The notes under the pieces: generated by a model
Told to the model about the DNA's origin: nothing
Seen by the model: the letters and a program-made list of their open reading frames with translations, nothing else
Database searches by the model: none
In this document: positions 36,894-50,176 of the stretch, piece by piece
How the letters are laid out: every line of letters starts with the position of its first letter
How positions within the stretch are numbered: position 1 is the first letter of the stretch
Position numbers and translations under genes: made by a program
Assembly: GCA_976551045.1 (NCBI GenBank)
Contig: CDPCPM010000247.1
Location: 1,426,001 to 1,490,000, forward strand
Direction: 5' to 3'
Length of the DNA: 64,000 bases
Origin: Glaucostegus cemiculus
Taxonomy: Eukaryota

Positions 36894-37042
36894 AATAAAA
36901 CAGAAAATCCTGGAAACACTCAGCAGGTTGGGTAGTATTTATGGAAAGAGAGACAGAGTTAACATTTCAGGTCCGACATCTATCATCAGAATGTTTCCAG
37001 CATTTTCTGTTTTTATTTCAAATTTTCAGCATCTGCAGTTTT
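36894..37042 (-). mobile_element. Palindromic Penelope-derived short repeat with the best-preserved hammerhead core (copy 3)
   Basis: Minus strand ttCTGATGA TAGATGTCGGACCT GAAATGTTaact; arms ataaaacagaaaatcctggaaaca and tgtttccagcattttctgtttttat. Confidence 0.7.
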
Positions 37043-37085
37043 TTCTTAATTCTCAAATTAATTCCTTTTCCTCCTCGACTCTTAG

Positions 37086-37273
37086 CTCACAGTCAGCGTC
37101 TTGTGTTGGTTAAGTCCTTGCTGAAACAAAAAAGTCGCTATCGAACCTTGGAGAGGGATCTCATTGAGTTCCAGGAATGGCAGTTATTTGAGTTCTTTGT
37201 GGTGGTTGCTCTCCATGTCAGGAAGGGGAGCAGTGTGTATGTTCCTGAGGTCACCCAACAATTTCCTCTGAAG
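37086..37273 (+). CDS. DENND2A: DENND2A exon 8 (AHSQRLV...LFEFFVVV...TQQFPLK; start of uDENN)
   Basis: cttAG|CT CAC AGT; donor AAG|GTAAGA. Confidence 0.96.
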
Positions 37274-38163
37274 GTAAGAAGATGATTGAGTTGAGAGAAA
37301 GGTGAATCCCTTTCTCTGTCTTCTGTTTCTTCCAGTGAGCTGGGGTATTGAACAACTTCTGAGTTTTTGAAATATGTTTCATGAATATTTCATGCAATGA
37401 TTGGCGATGAGGGGAGGGCAATCAATGATAAACCTCCACACATTAAAAAAAAGAGGAAAAGCTTGAAGTTTAATTTGTTCCCAAACACTCAATTTCTCTT
37501 AAAAAGCATAACTGTGTAAGCATTATTGAATTTGTTTCCGCAGCAGGCAGCTTTTTCACTGCAGGCTTCCTTCTCCCCTTGTCTGTTCAAGTGATTGCAT
37601 TCCTGAATGGCTCCGTTTATTTTACTGCAGTCTAGGAGCTGTTTTGGAACAACCTGACACTACAAAAACACATTAGCTGATAGAAATACTGTGTCCTTTG
37701 TCAGCACCACATTTCCCTGGGGCTGGGCATCTCTAAATCGACTCCCAAAATCATCATCCCAAGAACAGCCAAATGGAAGGCAGGCACATGCTATGACATG
37801 CCATGTTGTAGGACAGTAACTATTCCCACATTTCTTTAGCATAGGCCAAATGTGCACCTTTAATGTCTAAAGTGATTCCTAGAGATAGTACAGTCTAAGA
37901 AATAGAGCCAGGAGTAAATCATTCAGCCCCTCTTCCTTGTTCTGCCATTCAATTAGATCATGGCTCATCTTTAATCTCAGCACCACTTTACTACACAAAG
38001 CCCATGTTCCTTAATTGTCAAGATATCTAGTGCGTGTGTGTATGTGTGCACCTGTGAATGGCGTGGCATTAAGCAGTGTGTGTATGTGCACCATGATGCA
38101 TTGTGTGGAGAACCCGAGTATAGCATGGCATCTAATGCATTTTTTTTTACCTCTGTGGTTCAG

Positions 38164-38273
38164 CTGGATAAACCATTCAAGTTTATGCGGGAAACAGAAG
38201 ATCAGTTAAAAGTCATTCCACAGTTCTGCTTCCCTGATGCCAGAGACTGGGCTCCTGTTTCTGAATTTCCCAG
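38164..38273 (+). CDS. DENND2A: DENND2A exon 9 (LDKPFKFMRE...IPQFCFPDARDW)
   Basis: ttcAG|CTG; donor AG|GTATAT; FCFP motif of uDENN. Confidence 0.96.
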
Positions 38274-38574
38274 GTATATATTTTCATAGGCTATGTTCAA
38301 TCATGCTTCTCAACTTTTCGATTGGGATGTTTGGGGGAATGGCTGGAAAAGCTTGAATTCCATTTGCAACAAATGAATGAGTGCTCTAATTTTTGCAAAT
38401 TTTAATCTGCTTCTCCTTCTTTGGCCTGTATAAATCATTTGAACAATGTCTTATTAAATGGGCATAATCGAGCATTAAATAACATGGGTTAAATGTTATT
38501 GCGGCAGTCTCTAAGTTTGTATGGAAGCCATTGGTTCTTTGTGTTCATACCAGTACATTGCTAAGATTAAAACA

Positions 38575-38950
38575 TGTCCTTACAGCACCATTCATATCTT
38601 CAGACATACCAAAGTATTTCAAAACCAATAATGTACATTTGGAGTGTATTAACTGTTGTCCCATAAATAAAGACTGCAACCAATTTATGTGGTTTTATAA
38701 ATAACAAAGAGATAAATTACCAGACAGTCTCTTTCAGCTGTTTTGGTTGAGTGGCAATTCTTGGCCAGCAGAGTAGGAAATCTTAAACAGCATCCTATTG
38801 TCTTGTACATTGACTTGATAGAGACTTAGTTTAACATCTGATCTGAACAACAGTGCAACAATTCCTCACTCCTCACTGCTGCACTGAAAGGCCAGCCGGG
38901 TTAATGTGCTCGGGTTCTACAGGGATCTGTTGAACCTGTGACTTCCTGCC
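38575..38950 (-). mobile_element. Deu-domain-type SINE (SacSINE1/AmnSINE-like)
   Basis: ttagtttaacatctgatctgaa...cctcactgctgcactgaa...tgtgctc...ttgaacctgtgacttc; similar blocks at 53620 and 54420. Confidence 0.55.
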
Positions 38951-39614
38951 ATAAAGTCACAGGCTGTCCCCAGGTTCTGAATGCCTGACGTATGGACACC
39001 CATACATATGAACGAGCTCCCATAATATTATTAAATTCAGAACTTCCCTTTCTAGTAATTGTTTTTATCAGTCCTATGTGTTTTTGGGTTTTTGAGGTAT
39101 AGTAACCATATTGAGTGACTTTTATTTTGAGTGTATTTTTTGACCTGTGAAGAATGTCGACAAGGACATTTACGAAAACAGAACTCATTTGTTACGCGGG
39201 GAAGGCCTGTATGAATATAACCAATGAACCAAAGCTGACATGTATTTTCTTCCATGTTTTTTTATTGCCATATGGCCCTGGATGACCATTAAAATACCCG
39301 TGCTGTTCAACAGCGAACCTGGAACTGACCCAGCATTTCTGCAAGTACACTCCCAGTGCTATGATTTGCAATATTTGATTGGTTTTATTTGTTGGAAAAC
39401 TGCACTCTGCTGCAAGTCCTCTGCACTCTGACAGTCAACTTTGCAGGAATTGAGAAATCCCAGACTGCTGGCTTTTTAAGCAGAAATCCACTTCACTTTT
39501 ATCTGTGGAGAGTATTAAAACTTGCAGCAAAAGATGGACCACTAGGGTAGATGCATTTTTAGAGTGTAGGGTATAGTAAATATATCTTGACAATCAATGA
39601 CTTTACTTCTGACA

Positions 39615-40245
39615 AACCTCCATCATCAACATCCCAGAGGCCTCCACTGACCAGAAACATCTGGGCTCACTAGACAGGTACTGTGGTCACAAGAGCAGGT
39701 CAGAATTTGTATATATTGCAGCGAGTGGCAAATCTTGTGACTCCCCAGAGCCTTTCCATCTACAAGGTACATTTGGGTTGTGATGGAATACTCTTCCATT
39801 TGTCTGGAGAGCTCCAACAGTTCTCAAGAAGCTCAACACCATCCAGGACACAGCAGTCCACTTGCCTGGCACGCCATTAACCAGTCTAACCTTTCATTTC
39901 CTTCACCACAGTGGCTGCAGTGCATACCATCTACAAAATGTGCTGCAGTTACTTGCCTGAGCTACTCTAATACACCCCTAAACCCCCAATCTCTACCCAA
40001 GAAAGGCAGGCATGGCAGGTTCTTTTCCCAAGTCATGCACCACTCTGATTTTTAAAAAAAATATATACCTCCCTTCCTAAATCCTGGAACTCCCTACCCA
40101 ACGGCACAGTGGGACAACCTTCCACAGAAGGACTGCGGTGGTTCAAGAAGGTGGTCAAGCACTGCCCACTCGGCATCTGGGGAGGGGCAGTAAACACTGG
40201 CCTTACTAGTGACACCCAAATACTCAAGAGTGAATTTAAAAAAGA
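39615..40245 (+). mobile_element. CR1/L2-group LINE 3' fragment
   Basis: RAGQNLYILQRVANLVTPQSLSIYK, MEYSSICL, KKLNTIQD-like segments; tail gggcagtaaacactggccttactagtgacacc. Confidence 0.8.
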
Positions 40246-40564
40246 CATACTTCAATGAAGATGTTTTATACTGAGAGCCACGTGGCAAGGCAGGATGTCA
40301 TTTGAAGCGTTTTACTCTATTTCTTTACCTGAAGGAAGTGAAGCCTTGAATAATGCACATGGCAGTGGAAACCACAGGGTGTACGTACGTATGTCTGACT
40401 GTGTAGATGACTTTTGTCTTGATGAATCTGAATGCCACCCATATTAGCATTCACCAATATTCCAGTTGCAGTACCTTGCTGCGAAGCTCCTCGCCCCTCT
40501 TTACTTTAGATGTGCAACAGCTTGGAATGCCTTAACAAACCTACCTTGTTTTCCACCGTAACAG

Positions 40565-40634
40565 TGAAACCTTTTCTTTTGTCCTGACTGGAGAAGATGG
40601 GAGCAGACGATTTGGATATTGCCGGCGCCTGTTG
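40565..40634 (+). CDS. DENND2A: DENND2A exon 10 (SETFSFVLTGEDGSRRFGYCRRLL)
   Basis: aacAG|T GAA ACC; donor TTG|GTAGGA. Confidence 0.96.
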
Positions 40635-40724
40635 GTAGGATCCCCATTGAAAATATTATCAAAGATTAAAATGGTTATAAATTGAGTGGCAACATTTTAT
40701 ATGTTTTTTCTTTCCCCCTTTTAG

Positions 40725-40802
40725 CCCACTGGGAAGGGGAAACGTCTGCCGGAGGTTTACTGTATTGTCAGCCGGTTGGGCTGTTTCAACCTCTTCTCCA
40801 AG
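40725..40802 (+). CDS. DENND2A: DENND2A exon 11 (PTGKGKRLPEVYCIVSRLGCFNLFSK)
   Basis: ttttAG|CCC; donor AAG|GTACAG; preceded by a 90-nt intron. Confidence 0.96.
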
Positions 40803-41665
40803 GTACAGGTGCTAGTCAATGTTAGTTAAGAACAGACTTGCTGGAATTCCCTTAGACTGAGAAGCTGAATCATTATTTGCCTATCTTCTCCCTGTATTGT
40901 TGGAGTTGGTGCCTGGGTATTCTACCTCTCACCACCTCTGCCCCAAACTGCGCCCCCCCCCCCCCACAACTTATCTCAACATCTCGCCTTTTTCACAATT
41001 GTTAAAAGGACTGAAAATGTTAAAGCACATATCTTAGTAGCAATACAAACTTTTATTAGATGGCTTGTATCCTATTTGCTTGGCTAAACCCTTGAGCATC
41101 TTCTGTGGTGGAATGGATACAGTGAGTTACGACTTTTGAACAACTACTTCATGATATAAAAAGCCAATGCATTTTAATGTTATCCATGTCTTTTCTATTT
41201 GTCTTTGATGTGTATTTCCTGCTTATCTGAGTATGAAGTGAACTGGGATAACAATACTCACATTTGAATTCATTCAAGCCCAACCCAAGTGACCATTGTG
41301 TTTCATTTTAACTATCCACTGCAGCTCTACACATACTGTCTCACCAATGTCCATTGAATATCCAATTCAATTATAACGTTAAACCCAATCTGCCACTACC
41401 TGATGTCGTTCAATGCTTTCTGCCAAATAGAATGTATTTGTGTCATAATATTTGCACAGAAGCAAAATATTAGGGCAGCAATATTAAATATCAATACTTG
41501 TGAGACTATGGATTTCAAAGCTATAAATGTATTGGGTAGTACAGTCCTGGTTTATTTGATAATGCTACAGCTTTTATGCCTGTACCCTTTTTATTGTGTC
41601 TATGTTTGTTTAGCCCAGCCACGAGTTATCAGACTAACCCATTTCTGATCTTTGGCACTTGGCAG

Positions 41666-41806
41666 ATCTTGGATGAGGTAGAGAAGCGACGAGTGATTTC
41701 CCCCGCTCTTGTTCAGCCGTTCATGAGAAGCATCATGGAAGCACCTTTCCCTGCTCCAGGGCGAACCATCACTGTCAGAAACTTCCTTCCAGGATCAGGG
41801 AATGAG
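41666..41806 (+). CDS. DENND2A: DENND2A exon 12 (ILDEVEKRR...FLPGSGNE)
   Basis: ggcAG|ATC; donor GAG|GTGAGG. Confidence 0.96.
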
Positions 41807-42903
41807 GTGAGGGAAAACCTCAGGTCTTCTCCAGCTTCCTAATTTTTTTTCTTTGTTTTCTGATGTTATCCAAGAACACATACATGTTTTGAGGGGTTGC
41901 AGTGGGGCAAGTGGATGTTGGCCTAGAGGTAAACTAGGCAGAATGGCTTTTTCATGTGATGCACCTAACATTCTGACACTCCCTTCCAGGTTTTCTTCAA
42001 ATTTTACATTGAGATGCAGAATATAAGCATTATGTGTAGGATCACATAGAAGAAAAGTGTGTCATTTACAGCCTACCCTTTGGATGCAACAGAACATTTC
42101 AATTTTTTTTCTTCCAGTTTGAAATCCATTTAAAGTTTTCAAAGAAAACAAAAAGAAATGTTTTAGAATACAGTTCTCAGCATGTCAGATTCCAGAATAA
42201 TTATTTCTTGGTTAACCCAGAAATCTGTAATGAATTTGGTTTTGCAAGTTGTCTACAGGCTAGAATGTTCCACTGACGGTACTCTGACATCTGCATAACT
42301 AGTCTTTTTTAAATCTATTGACATTGTTCATCTAATAGTGCAAAGTGTGACAACTTTTCTCATTTTAGATGCAACTCCTACATGTCTATTGCTCCTCTCA
42401 TAGCAAATTCATCCATCTCTAAGAGGATTATAAATATTCATTCTCTAAGGTGTCATTATAGGACAACCCCATGGAATTTTCTAAATTTCTGAGTATCTTT
42501 GAGATAATATTTAAATGTAACACATGGCCCTGAGATGTCCTGCTCCTGCTCGGAAATCATGTTTGAACTAATCTCACGGTAACATGCTCTATATAGAGAA
42601 AATATGCACTGAAATAAAATAAATAGTATATTAATACTAGTTTTCTGGTGGCAATTATTGGCAAGGAATTCTTAATTTTTCAAGGCTTGAGCCACTTTCA
42701 AAATCTGTTGAAATTATGTAGCTATAATATTGAAGTCAATATCCTCTGTATAAAAAAAATGTCAGATTTCTGAATGGAGGTTCAGAGTAGGGTTATTCCT
42801 GCCTGTTCTACAAGCTAAACCAGCCAGTATAAAGCAGGAGGCCAATAAGGGCAGCACCTTAGTTGACTGATGTACTGACTTAACTGGTGCCTCTCTTCTT
42901 CAG

Positions 42904-43052
42904 GTGATCCAGCTCTGTAGGCCCCTGGACTCCCGATTAGAACATGTGGACTTCGAGTGTCTTTTTTCTTCACTGAGCATCCGCCAGCTGATTAAAGTCT
43001 TTGCTTCCCTTCTGTTGGAGAGGAGGGTGATTTTCACAGCAGATAAACTCAG
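42904..43052 (+). CDS. DENND2A: DENND2A exon 13 (VIQLCRPLDSRLEHVDF...LLLERRVIFTADKLS)
   Basis: cttcttcAG|GTG; donor AG|GTGAAT; core DENN domain. Confidence 0.96.
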
Positions 43053-44209
43053 GTGAATACTACTCATTGTTACTGTTTACAATGAAATCTGATGGACAAA
43101 AGAAAGCCAGCTATGAGATTCTATGGTCAGTGAACAGCTGTCATCCCCTAACTTTGAGAAATATACTGTACTTAAATGCACCAAATCGCACCTTCTGCTG
43201 TTTAATAACAGAACATTAGGAATATATGCTACCTAATATGTATGGAGTGTATGTCTAATATATACAAAACACTTTACATGTCGTGACATCTTGTATAATG
43301 TAGTTGTAAGAATGGGAGAAGACTCATGAGAGGCTTTTAGTGTATTAGTACACTGAAGAATTTTAACATGGTGAAAGTTAATGCAATAGATCAGCGAAAC
43401 CTTAAGAAACATTTTTCAATATCTAACCCCAATCACAAATGGGATTCTGCAGCAATAGGCTGATTACACATGGAAATCAATACATGCTTTTTGGTCCTTG
43501 TCAAAGGTTCAAGGTCCCTGAAGCTGCTGCAGCCACTTGTGTGGAGTGCACTTTTACAATGTGATCCATGGCCAACTTCAATTGACCCAGAATACGTTGC
43601 GCAGTTGCCTGTACAAATGCTTCGTATTGCAGATATACTCTTATGGTAAAAGTTAGATTCATAAGCAAAGGGTCTCCAGATTCTTCAGCTGAGGGATGAC
43701 TTCTCATGACCCACCAGTAGTTACTGCATCACCCTATGTACTTCAGTCTGATTCCTGACTACACATGCAACGCCTGCGTTTTAGGGTCAACTTGTGGTCT
43801 CAGAAAACAGTCGGTATCGTGGTTTTCCTTCAGGCCACATTATCAGGGCATGTACAGAAATGCAAGTGGAAAATAAATAATTTAGTGTTTATTTTTTTCA
43901 CATAAATTTTATGTGCAAATTTTTATTTTGTCTCCCAGACTATTTGGTAGTGATTTGTGAATTCCATACGGGCAAATTTCCATTACCTTAAGCTGCCATT
44001 ATATAGGGGTTGCCTGTATGTTTCTGGGCTGCTATTTGAAGAACAGTGAGTGTAATGAAGTGGTCAATGGACTTGAAGCAGTGAGTTTTGTATTTTCTTA
44101 TTTGCTGCTTCTTTTGATGCATCTAGTGAAGGAAAAAGTCTAAAACTTTCCTCTCTATCTGACAATTGGCCATTCTCTAAGCTTGATCAGGCTCCTGTGT
44201 TTACGTCTA

Positions 44210-44570
44210 AATCATAGGCAAATATTAAAAACAAAAGCAAGGGATCGGGTACTGAACCCTGTGGAACCCAAATGAAAATGCCCTTTCAGTTGCAAAAAGA
44301 CACCTCAACCATTAGCCTTTGTTTTCTGATACTGAGGTAACTTTGGATCCAAGTTGCCATTCTCCCTTAGATCCAATGAGCCTTTACTGTTTTGACCAGC
44401 CTGCAATGTGGGATCCTGTCAAAAGCATTGGTAAAATTCAGGTAGATTACATCCTCATTGATCTGTCTCTTGCCTCCTCAAAGAACCAAGTCCAGCTAGT
44501 TAGGCAGGGCCTAACATTAAATGACCTATGTTTACTGTTCCTGATTAACCCATGCCTTTCTAAATAAAGG
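44210..44570 (-). mobile_element. Old CR1 RT fragment
   Basis: Minus strand GFHRVQYPIP region overlies a degenerate G.PQGSV motif; atgtgggatcctgtcaaaagcatt encodes AFDRIPH. Confidence 0.7.
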
Positions 44571-45549
44571 TTTGAATTTTATTTTCACTTTTCTGTCTAC
44601 ATAACCAGTCCATTGGGATCATCATAGCGTGTCATTCCAGAGCATCAGTCAAGATCTGGTTATTTGTGTCAATTCATGGCCAATTTATTTAGTGCATTTC
44701 TTTCTTTAAAATTGTAACTATCTCTTCTCCCCTCGTCAAGTACTCTTTAAATACTTGCTGATGTGGAATAGTGGCACCCTCTTTCCACTTGTTTGTACCT
44801 TTGGGATATCCATCAGGCAATGCTAAATAGTCTTCAACAGAAGCATTTGTGCATCTGCTGGTAATCAAGGGAACAAATGAGTGCTCCGTACCCTGTGCAG
44901 ATCTAAGTAATATTGCCACCATCATACACCCTGGTTTGCAGTAATTAGTCCTTTTATAATGCATTTCCGGTGCCTGGACTTTATAACTTTTACCGGACTT
45001 TACAGCTTTTACCATCTGTCTAATCTCAGTTGCCAGAACAATCAAGAAAATATGGGGACTAATAGCAGAGGAACAGACCATCCAATCCATTGTCTGCAGT
45101 TTCTGAACTAACCATTCTAAGCAATCAGTCTAAACTTGCATGTCAGCTCTCAGTCATTACATTTGTAGTTTACAGCTCATCAAATACTCATCCATTCACT
45201 TTTCAAAATTCACTGATGTCCAGACCCACAATACACTCTGGGTAATAAAACTTTAACAAAATACTTTGAATCTATCCTTGTTAATTCAGAACATAAGAAC
45301 CAGAAGCCAGAAAAAAAACATTTGACACCACACTCCTGCCCTCCTTAAGCCTGCTCAGTCATTTGGTAAGATCATGGCTGATTCAAAGCTGCAACATTTG
45401 TCTTTCAGTGGCTCAGAGTGTTCTTTCTAACCTGTAATTTCTCTGTCCCTCAAAGTATCCTGTTGAAAATCCTCCAAGTTGCTATATAAATCCCACCATC
45501 AACATGTTTCAACTGATTCCTGCAAACTGAAGCATCCCTAATACCTGTG

Positions 45550-46340
45550 AAGAACATACATAGAGCAGAAGTAGGCCATATGACCACTCAGGCTGCCTTT
45601 TGGAGTCAGTAAGATTATAATTGGATTTTTTACTTCTATGCCATTTACCAGTACTAACCTTGTATTATTTGATTCCCTTGACAACTAAAATGTATTGATC
45701 TTTGTCCTTGATATACTTTGTGAGTGTGCGTCCACAGTCCTCTTGGGCAGAGAACTCCTATGACTTTTTACCCTCTAGGTGAAGAAGTAACTTCTCATCT
45801 CATCCAAATGGTGGACCCTGTATTTTGAAACTGTGACCCCAGGTTCCAGGTATCCCAACCAGGGAAAACATTATCCCTGCATCTGTGCTACAAAGTCTGC
45901 AAGAATCTTGTATATTCCAGTGAAATTGCTCTCATTCTTCTAAACTCAACTCAACTGTGTATAAGCCAGGTCTGGTTAACCTCTCCCTGGGGCCATTCCC
46001 CTCAACCAGGGATCATTTCGATGAGGCAATAGGTTCCTCTAGCACAAGTTGGCCTCTCCAACAACATAAATAGTCTTTACTGCCCATCTTGTTCTGTCTC
46101 TCATCATTTTATACATCTCAGTTTAGTCTCCACTCAGTCTTCTCTTTTTTTTACACACCCCTGACAATGTCATCTTGCGTCTCCTGCTTCCTGCACTGTG
46201 GTGACCTAGACTTTACACAGTCCTGTAGCTGTGGCCTAACTAGTATTTTGTTCAGTTCTAGTATGACCACCCTGCTATGCTTCAGCCAGTCAAGTAACCT
46301 ATATGCCACCTTGATCTTGTTATCTATCTATTCCTGCAGT
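45550..46340 (-). mobile_element. Nested old CR1/L2 3' fragments
   Basis: gaacatacatagagcagaagtaggccat tail; gtcctgtagctgtggcctaactag is a LVRPQLQD-like segment on the minus strand. Confidence 0.6.
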
Positions 46341-49300
46341 TAACAGCTGTATTCCCACTACCCACCATACAGCATGTTTGTTTCTTGGGCAAACATCTTA
46401 ATCGCGGCTCCTATGTTTATGTCTAACTAATTGATTGAAACCACAAAGACCATAACCATCCAACCTCCTAACTCAAGAGTGGGAAATAATGAGATTTAAA
46501 ACTCGTGTATTCCCTGTAAATGGTTTAACCTTTGTACGTACCTAAAGGAATTAAACAAGGTCGGTTCATTTTCACTTAGGAGGGCTTGAAAAGAAATGGT
46601 GAGCAAATGTCTTATTGCTATTTTATAGCTTCTCCCAGCAAGTGATTCTATCTTAATTTGCAAGGAAATTTTGGAATAGTTGGTCCATTCAGCTTTATTG
46701 ATGGGCCCGCTCCACATGGTTTAATGTTCTTTTTATATTTGTTTTGCTACCAAAGTATCAGTTTCTAGAATTGTCATGAAGATTGGGATGTGTTCCAAAT
46801 TAGAGTATTTACCGGTTTTTTTGAAGCGAATGACTCCAGGCCATTGGTAGCAACTAAAAGAAATTTACAATAATATTTTAGATGGTGAAGAAGATACAAA
46901 TAAGAACAAAAATCCAATTAAAAAAGAATGAATTGTGAACTGCTGTTAAGTTATAGATCCTTTTAAAGTCTGTTGGTTAGTTGTATCACTTCGTACGATA
47001 ATCACTGATGTGTCACACATTCCAGGCTCAAGTTAGTTCTTAGAGAGTCTGGAAGGAATGCTGTTATATCTGTTTTTTTTCCATCACTATGGAAACCTCA
47101 TCAAGACTCCAGAGAGAACTTGGTGTCCAGTTGGGTTCTTTTCAAATGGGTTTCATTTTACTCTATAAGGGGTGATGCTATTAAAATCTGGCTGCAGTCT
47201 GAGAGATCTGAAACTGACATTGAAAATCTTCTGTACAAGATGCCTTCTAGGGCACAATAACGGAGATCAATCATCAGAATGTCTTCACTTATGGAATGTA
47301 GCCCAACACTTGTAAAGCTGTATGAATATTGTTTTTCTTTCAAATTTTAAGCTTTAAGGAGTGAAAAAAAAATCAACAAGTTAAAGTCATGTGGCCAGCC
47401 AAGTGGAGGAAGGGCAAAATGAACACAAATGATGGTAATGAAACAGACACAGATATGAGGGCTGTTCAGCATCATCAGTGCTTTTAAGAAGCAGTTACTA
47501 AGGAGGAATCTGTATTATACTGAGAGAAACTGCTTCATTTTCCCCAAACAACAGGGGTTTGCAACTGCTAATTATTTTTCTCTATCCACTGCTTCACTTC
47601 AATTGATTGTCCATTAAAAATGAAGCCTCGCTCTTCCTGAGCGCTCCTTCTGTGAATCAAATTTAAGATAGAGGTACGGAATAAAGAATGATGAAAAAAT
47701 TAGGCCCCAGTTAAATCGCATGAAATCCAGTATAGAGGCAACAAGGTTCGTGTTCTTCAGATTTAGAACACTGCTTCAAAATTTAAAGTTGTAAGCTGTT
47801 CCTAATGTACACTAATAACATTCTCAAATCGAATTGGTTCCAGTTGAATTATCATGTTAATGTACACATGTTCATTTCCCAAAAGCTCATTGCAGTTTGC
47901 TTTTAATTAAATGCATTGTACAGGATTCTATTGTTGACTCCCATTTGAGTAAAGAGCAGACATCAAATTTTTATGCCTTTTATATTAATAATCGGTGACT
48001 ACACTCGCCAGAAGATTGCCAACCCCTTCACTTAATCCTGACTCAAGAACAGGCTGTGAAGAATTGGCTTGAAGCAACCAGAGTGACGCCTTTAAACCTG
48101 GAGTGATTGGAAGGCTTCATTTCAAATGTGAAAACGTGCTGCTGTTTTTCTTCCTGGAACATCTGCAGAAATGATTTTCTGCATTTCTAAAAGTGGAATG
48201 TTTGAAAGTGGAATGCAAAACATGCGGAGAATGGAACGAAGCTTGGAAATAGAACCTCAGTCTCACTGTAAAACGAGTGACAGAAATATGGACTCAGACA
48301 GAAGAGAACCAGACCAATCAGCCCACAACCGCTCTGCAGAGTTCTTCTCCCACTTTACTTTGTTTTACCCTGTCGACGTATCCTTGTTATTTCTTTCTCC
48401 CTCATGTACATAACAAGCTTCCCAATTCAAATTCAGCTCAGCCACTTGATGTGGTAACATACTCCTTACTCAAGCTACTTCCTAGTGTTGTCCTTGAATT
48501 CCTTCTTGGATAGAACAATGACCCTTCATTTTTATCATTTGTTATTTTGGATTTTCCACAAATTGAAACATTTTCACTTCATCTACACTATAAAACACCT
48601 TCATGGTTTTGAATTTCTCTCTTTGCTCGCCTTCACCCCCCCTTTGATTCCTTTACCCTGACCCCACTCTCAGGCAGTACAGTCCTTGCTGATGGTTGTA
48701 CTGATGTTTACTTGTGTGTATGGGTTTATTAGGTGGCTTGTTAGTATTTGGAATCTGGTCCATTCCTGAAGTTGTAGGGAGCTGCTTGCTACCCACTATA
48801 GAGGTAACTCCTGGAGCTTCGTCAGATGATGGCAGGGTGTGAGTACGTAAGCATTTTCTGCTTTACACGGGATGAATGCAAATAAACTTTGCCTGAGTCT
48901 GCATGGCACCCTCGATGATTCTTAGTCTTTCTCAGTGCAATTTCCAGAGGTGAGCAGCTGGAAACGGGGCAGTATCCAGGCTGCTCTCAACCAGGGTGCG
49001 GGACGTGGCACCCGAGAGGGCAGCCCACCTGAAGCAGAGGAAGTGGATGTCACAACAGAAGTATGAAGCATACCATTGCGAAGATTGCAAAGCAGTAAAG
49101 TAACTTGAAAAATATATAAGTATGCAGACCAGAGAGGTGGTGATCATAATGTAGGAGTGGCTATCGCATCATCACTACATTATTGGTGATTATCTGCCAA
49201 CTCTTACATAGCCAGCAGAAACGTGGTAATCGTAAATCACCACAGCTTCAGATTTCAGTGGATCCCCTGCTCCCTCCCAAACATTACCTAGAGATTGTGA

Positions 49301-50059
49301 GGGAGGAACTACTACTTTAAGCAGAGTTGATTTGTGTTATATACCTCATAGGTTTAAGTTCCTGTGTGAGGCAGGCTGATGGCTCGGGGAGATGGGAGGG
49401 AGTCTACCTCTGCCAAATTGAGTTCACTCTTTTCAAATTCTGATGTTCCAGAATCTAATGGAAAGCAGCTGTTCCAATATTTTTGCTGTCCACCATATCC
49501 TGAGGCACTGTCACATAAACACTGCATTTAACTCTGCTAGAAATATAATTTGGCCTTTCACTGGGAATCTTGCCCACTTCTAATGACGCATTTAAGTGAA
49601 GAGAGTTGAAGGGAGAAAAACAGCAAACAGTCCCTCCAACATCAGTGATTGCTCTCAATCAGAGGGGACTGGCTCCATATCCAGAGAACTGTCTGCAGCA
49701 TCTCTGTCAAATTTTTACAGGATAATGGCCCAGTCTAACAACAACTGTAGTGGCAGCATCTTAAGATAACTATTCTATTGACTGTGACATGTTGGATCTT
49801 ATGTTCATCCCAGATGCTTATTATTCAAGCTATTGCATAAACATGATGAAGTAAAATCATATGTTTCATTTCATTAAAACTTCCAAGCTTGTTCCTAGAT
49901 TACAAAGATCTGAATTTTGAATTTATTGTGGCTTAAATTACTAATTTATTGCATCTTTTTAAATATCCTTGTGTATTCTTTAGTTTGAAGAGTATTCCAT
50001 TTTTTGGTACTTGGTTGGAGCATGGAATGCTCACAAACATAGTTAACTGGATAGATCCC

Positions 50060-50176
50060 ACCCTTCGTTAGAAACATTAAAGTCTGTTTCTCACAGATGC
50101 TGCCTGACCTGATGAGTGTTTCCAGCTTTTTTGGTTTTATTTCAGATTTTCAACATGTGCAGTTTTTTGTATTTTC
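50060..50176 (+). mobile_element. Penelope-derived short repeat (copy 5; hammerhead core largely deleted)
   Basis: gaaacattaa...cacagatgctgcctgacctgatgagtgtttccagc...tttcagattttcaacatgtgcag. Confidence 0.7.

Noticed and set aside
38274-38281. GTATAT donor as a U12-type intron
   Set aside because: Lacks the GTATCCTT consensus; treated as a U2 intron.
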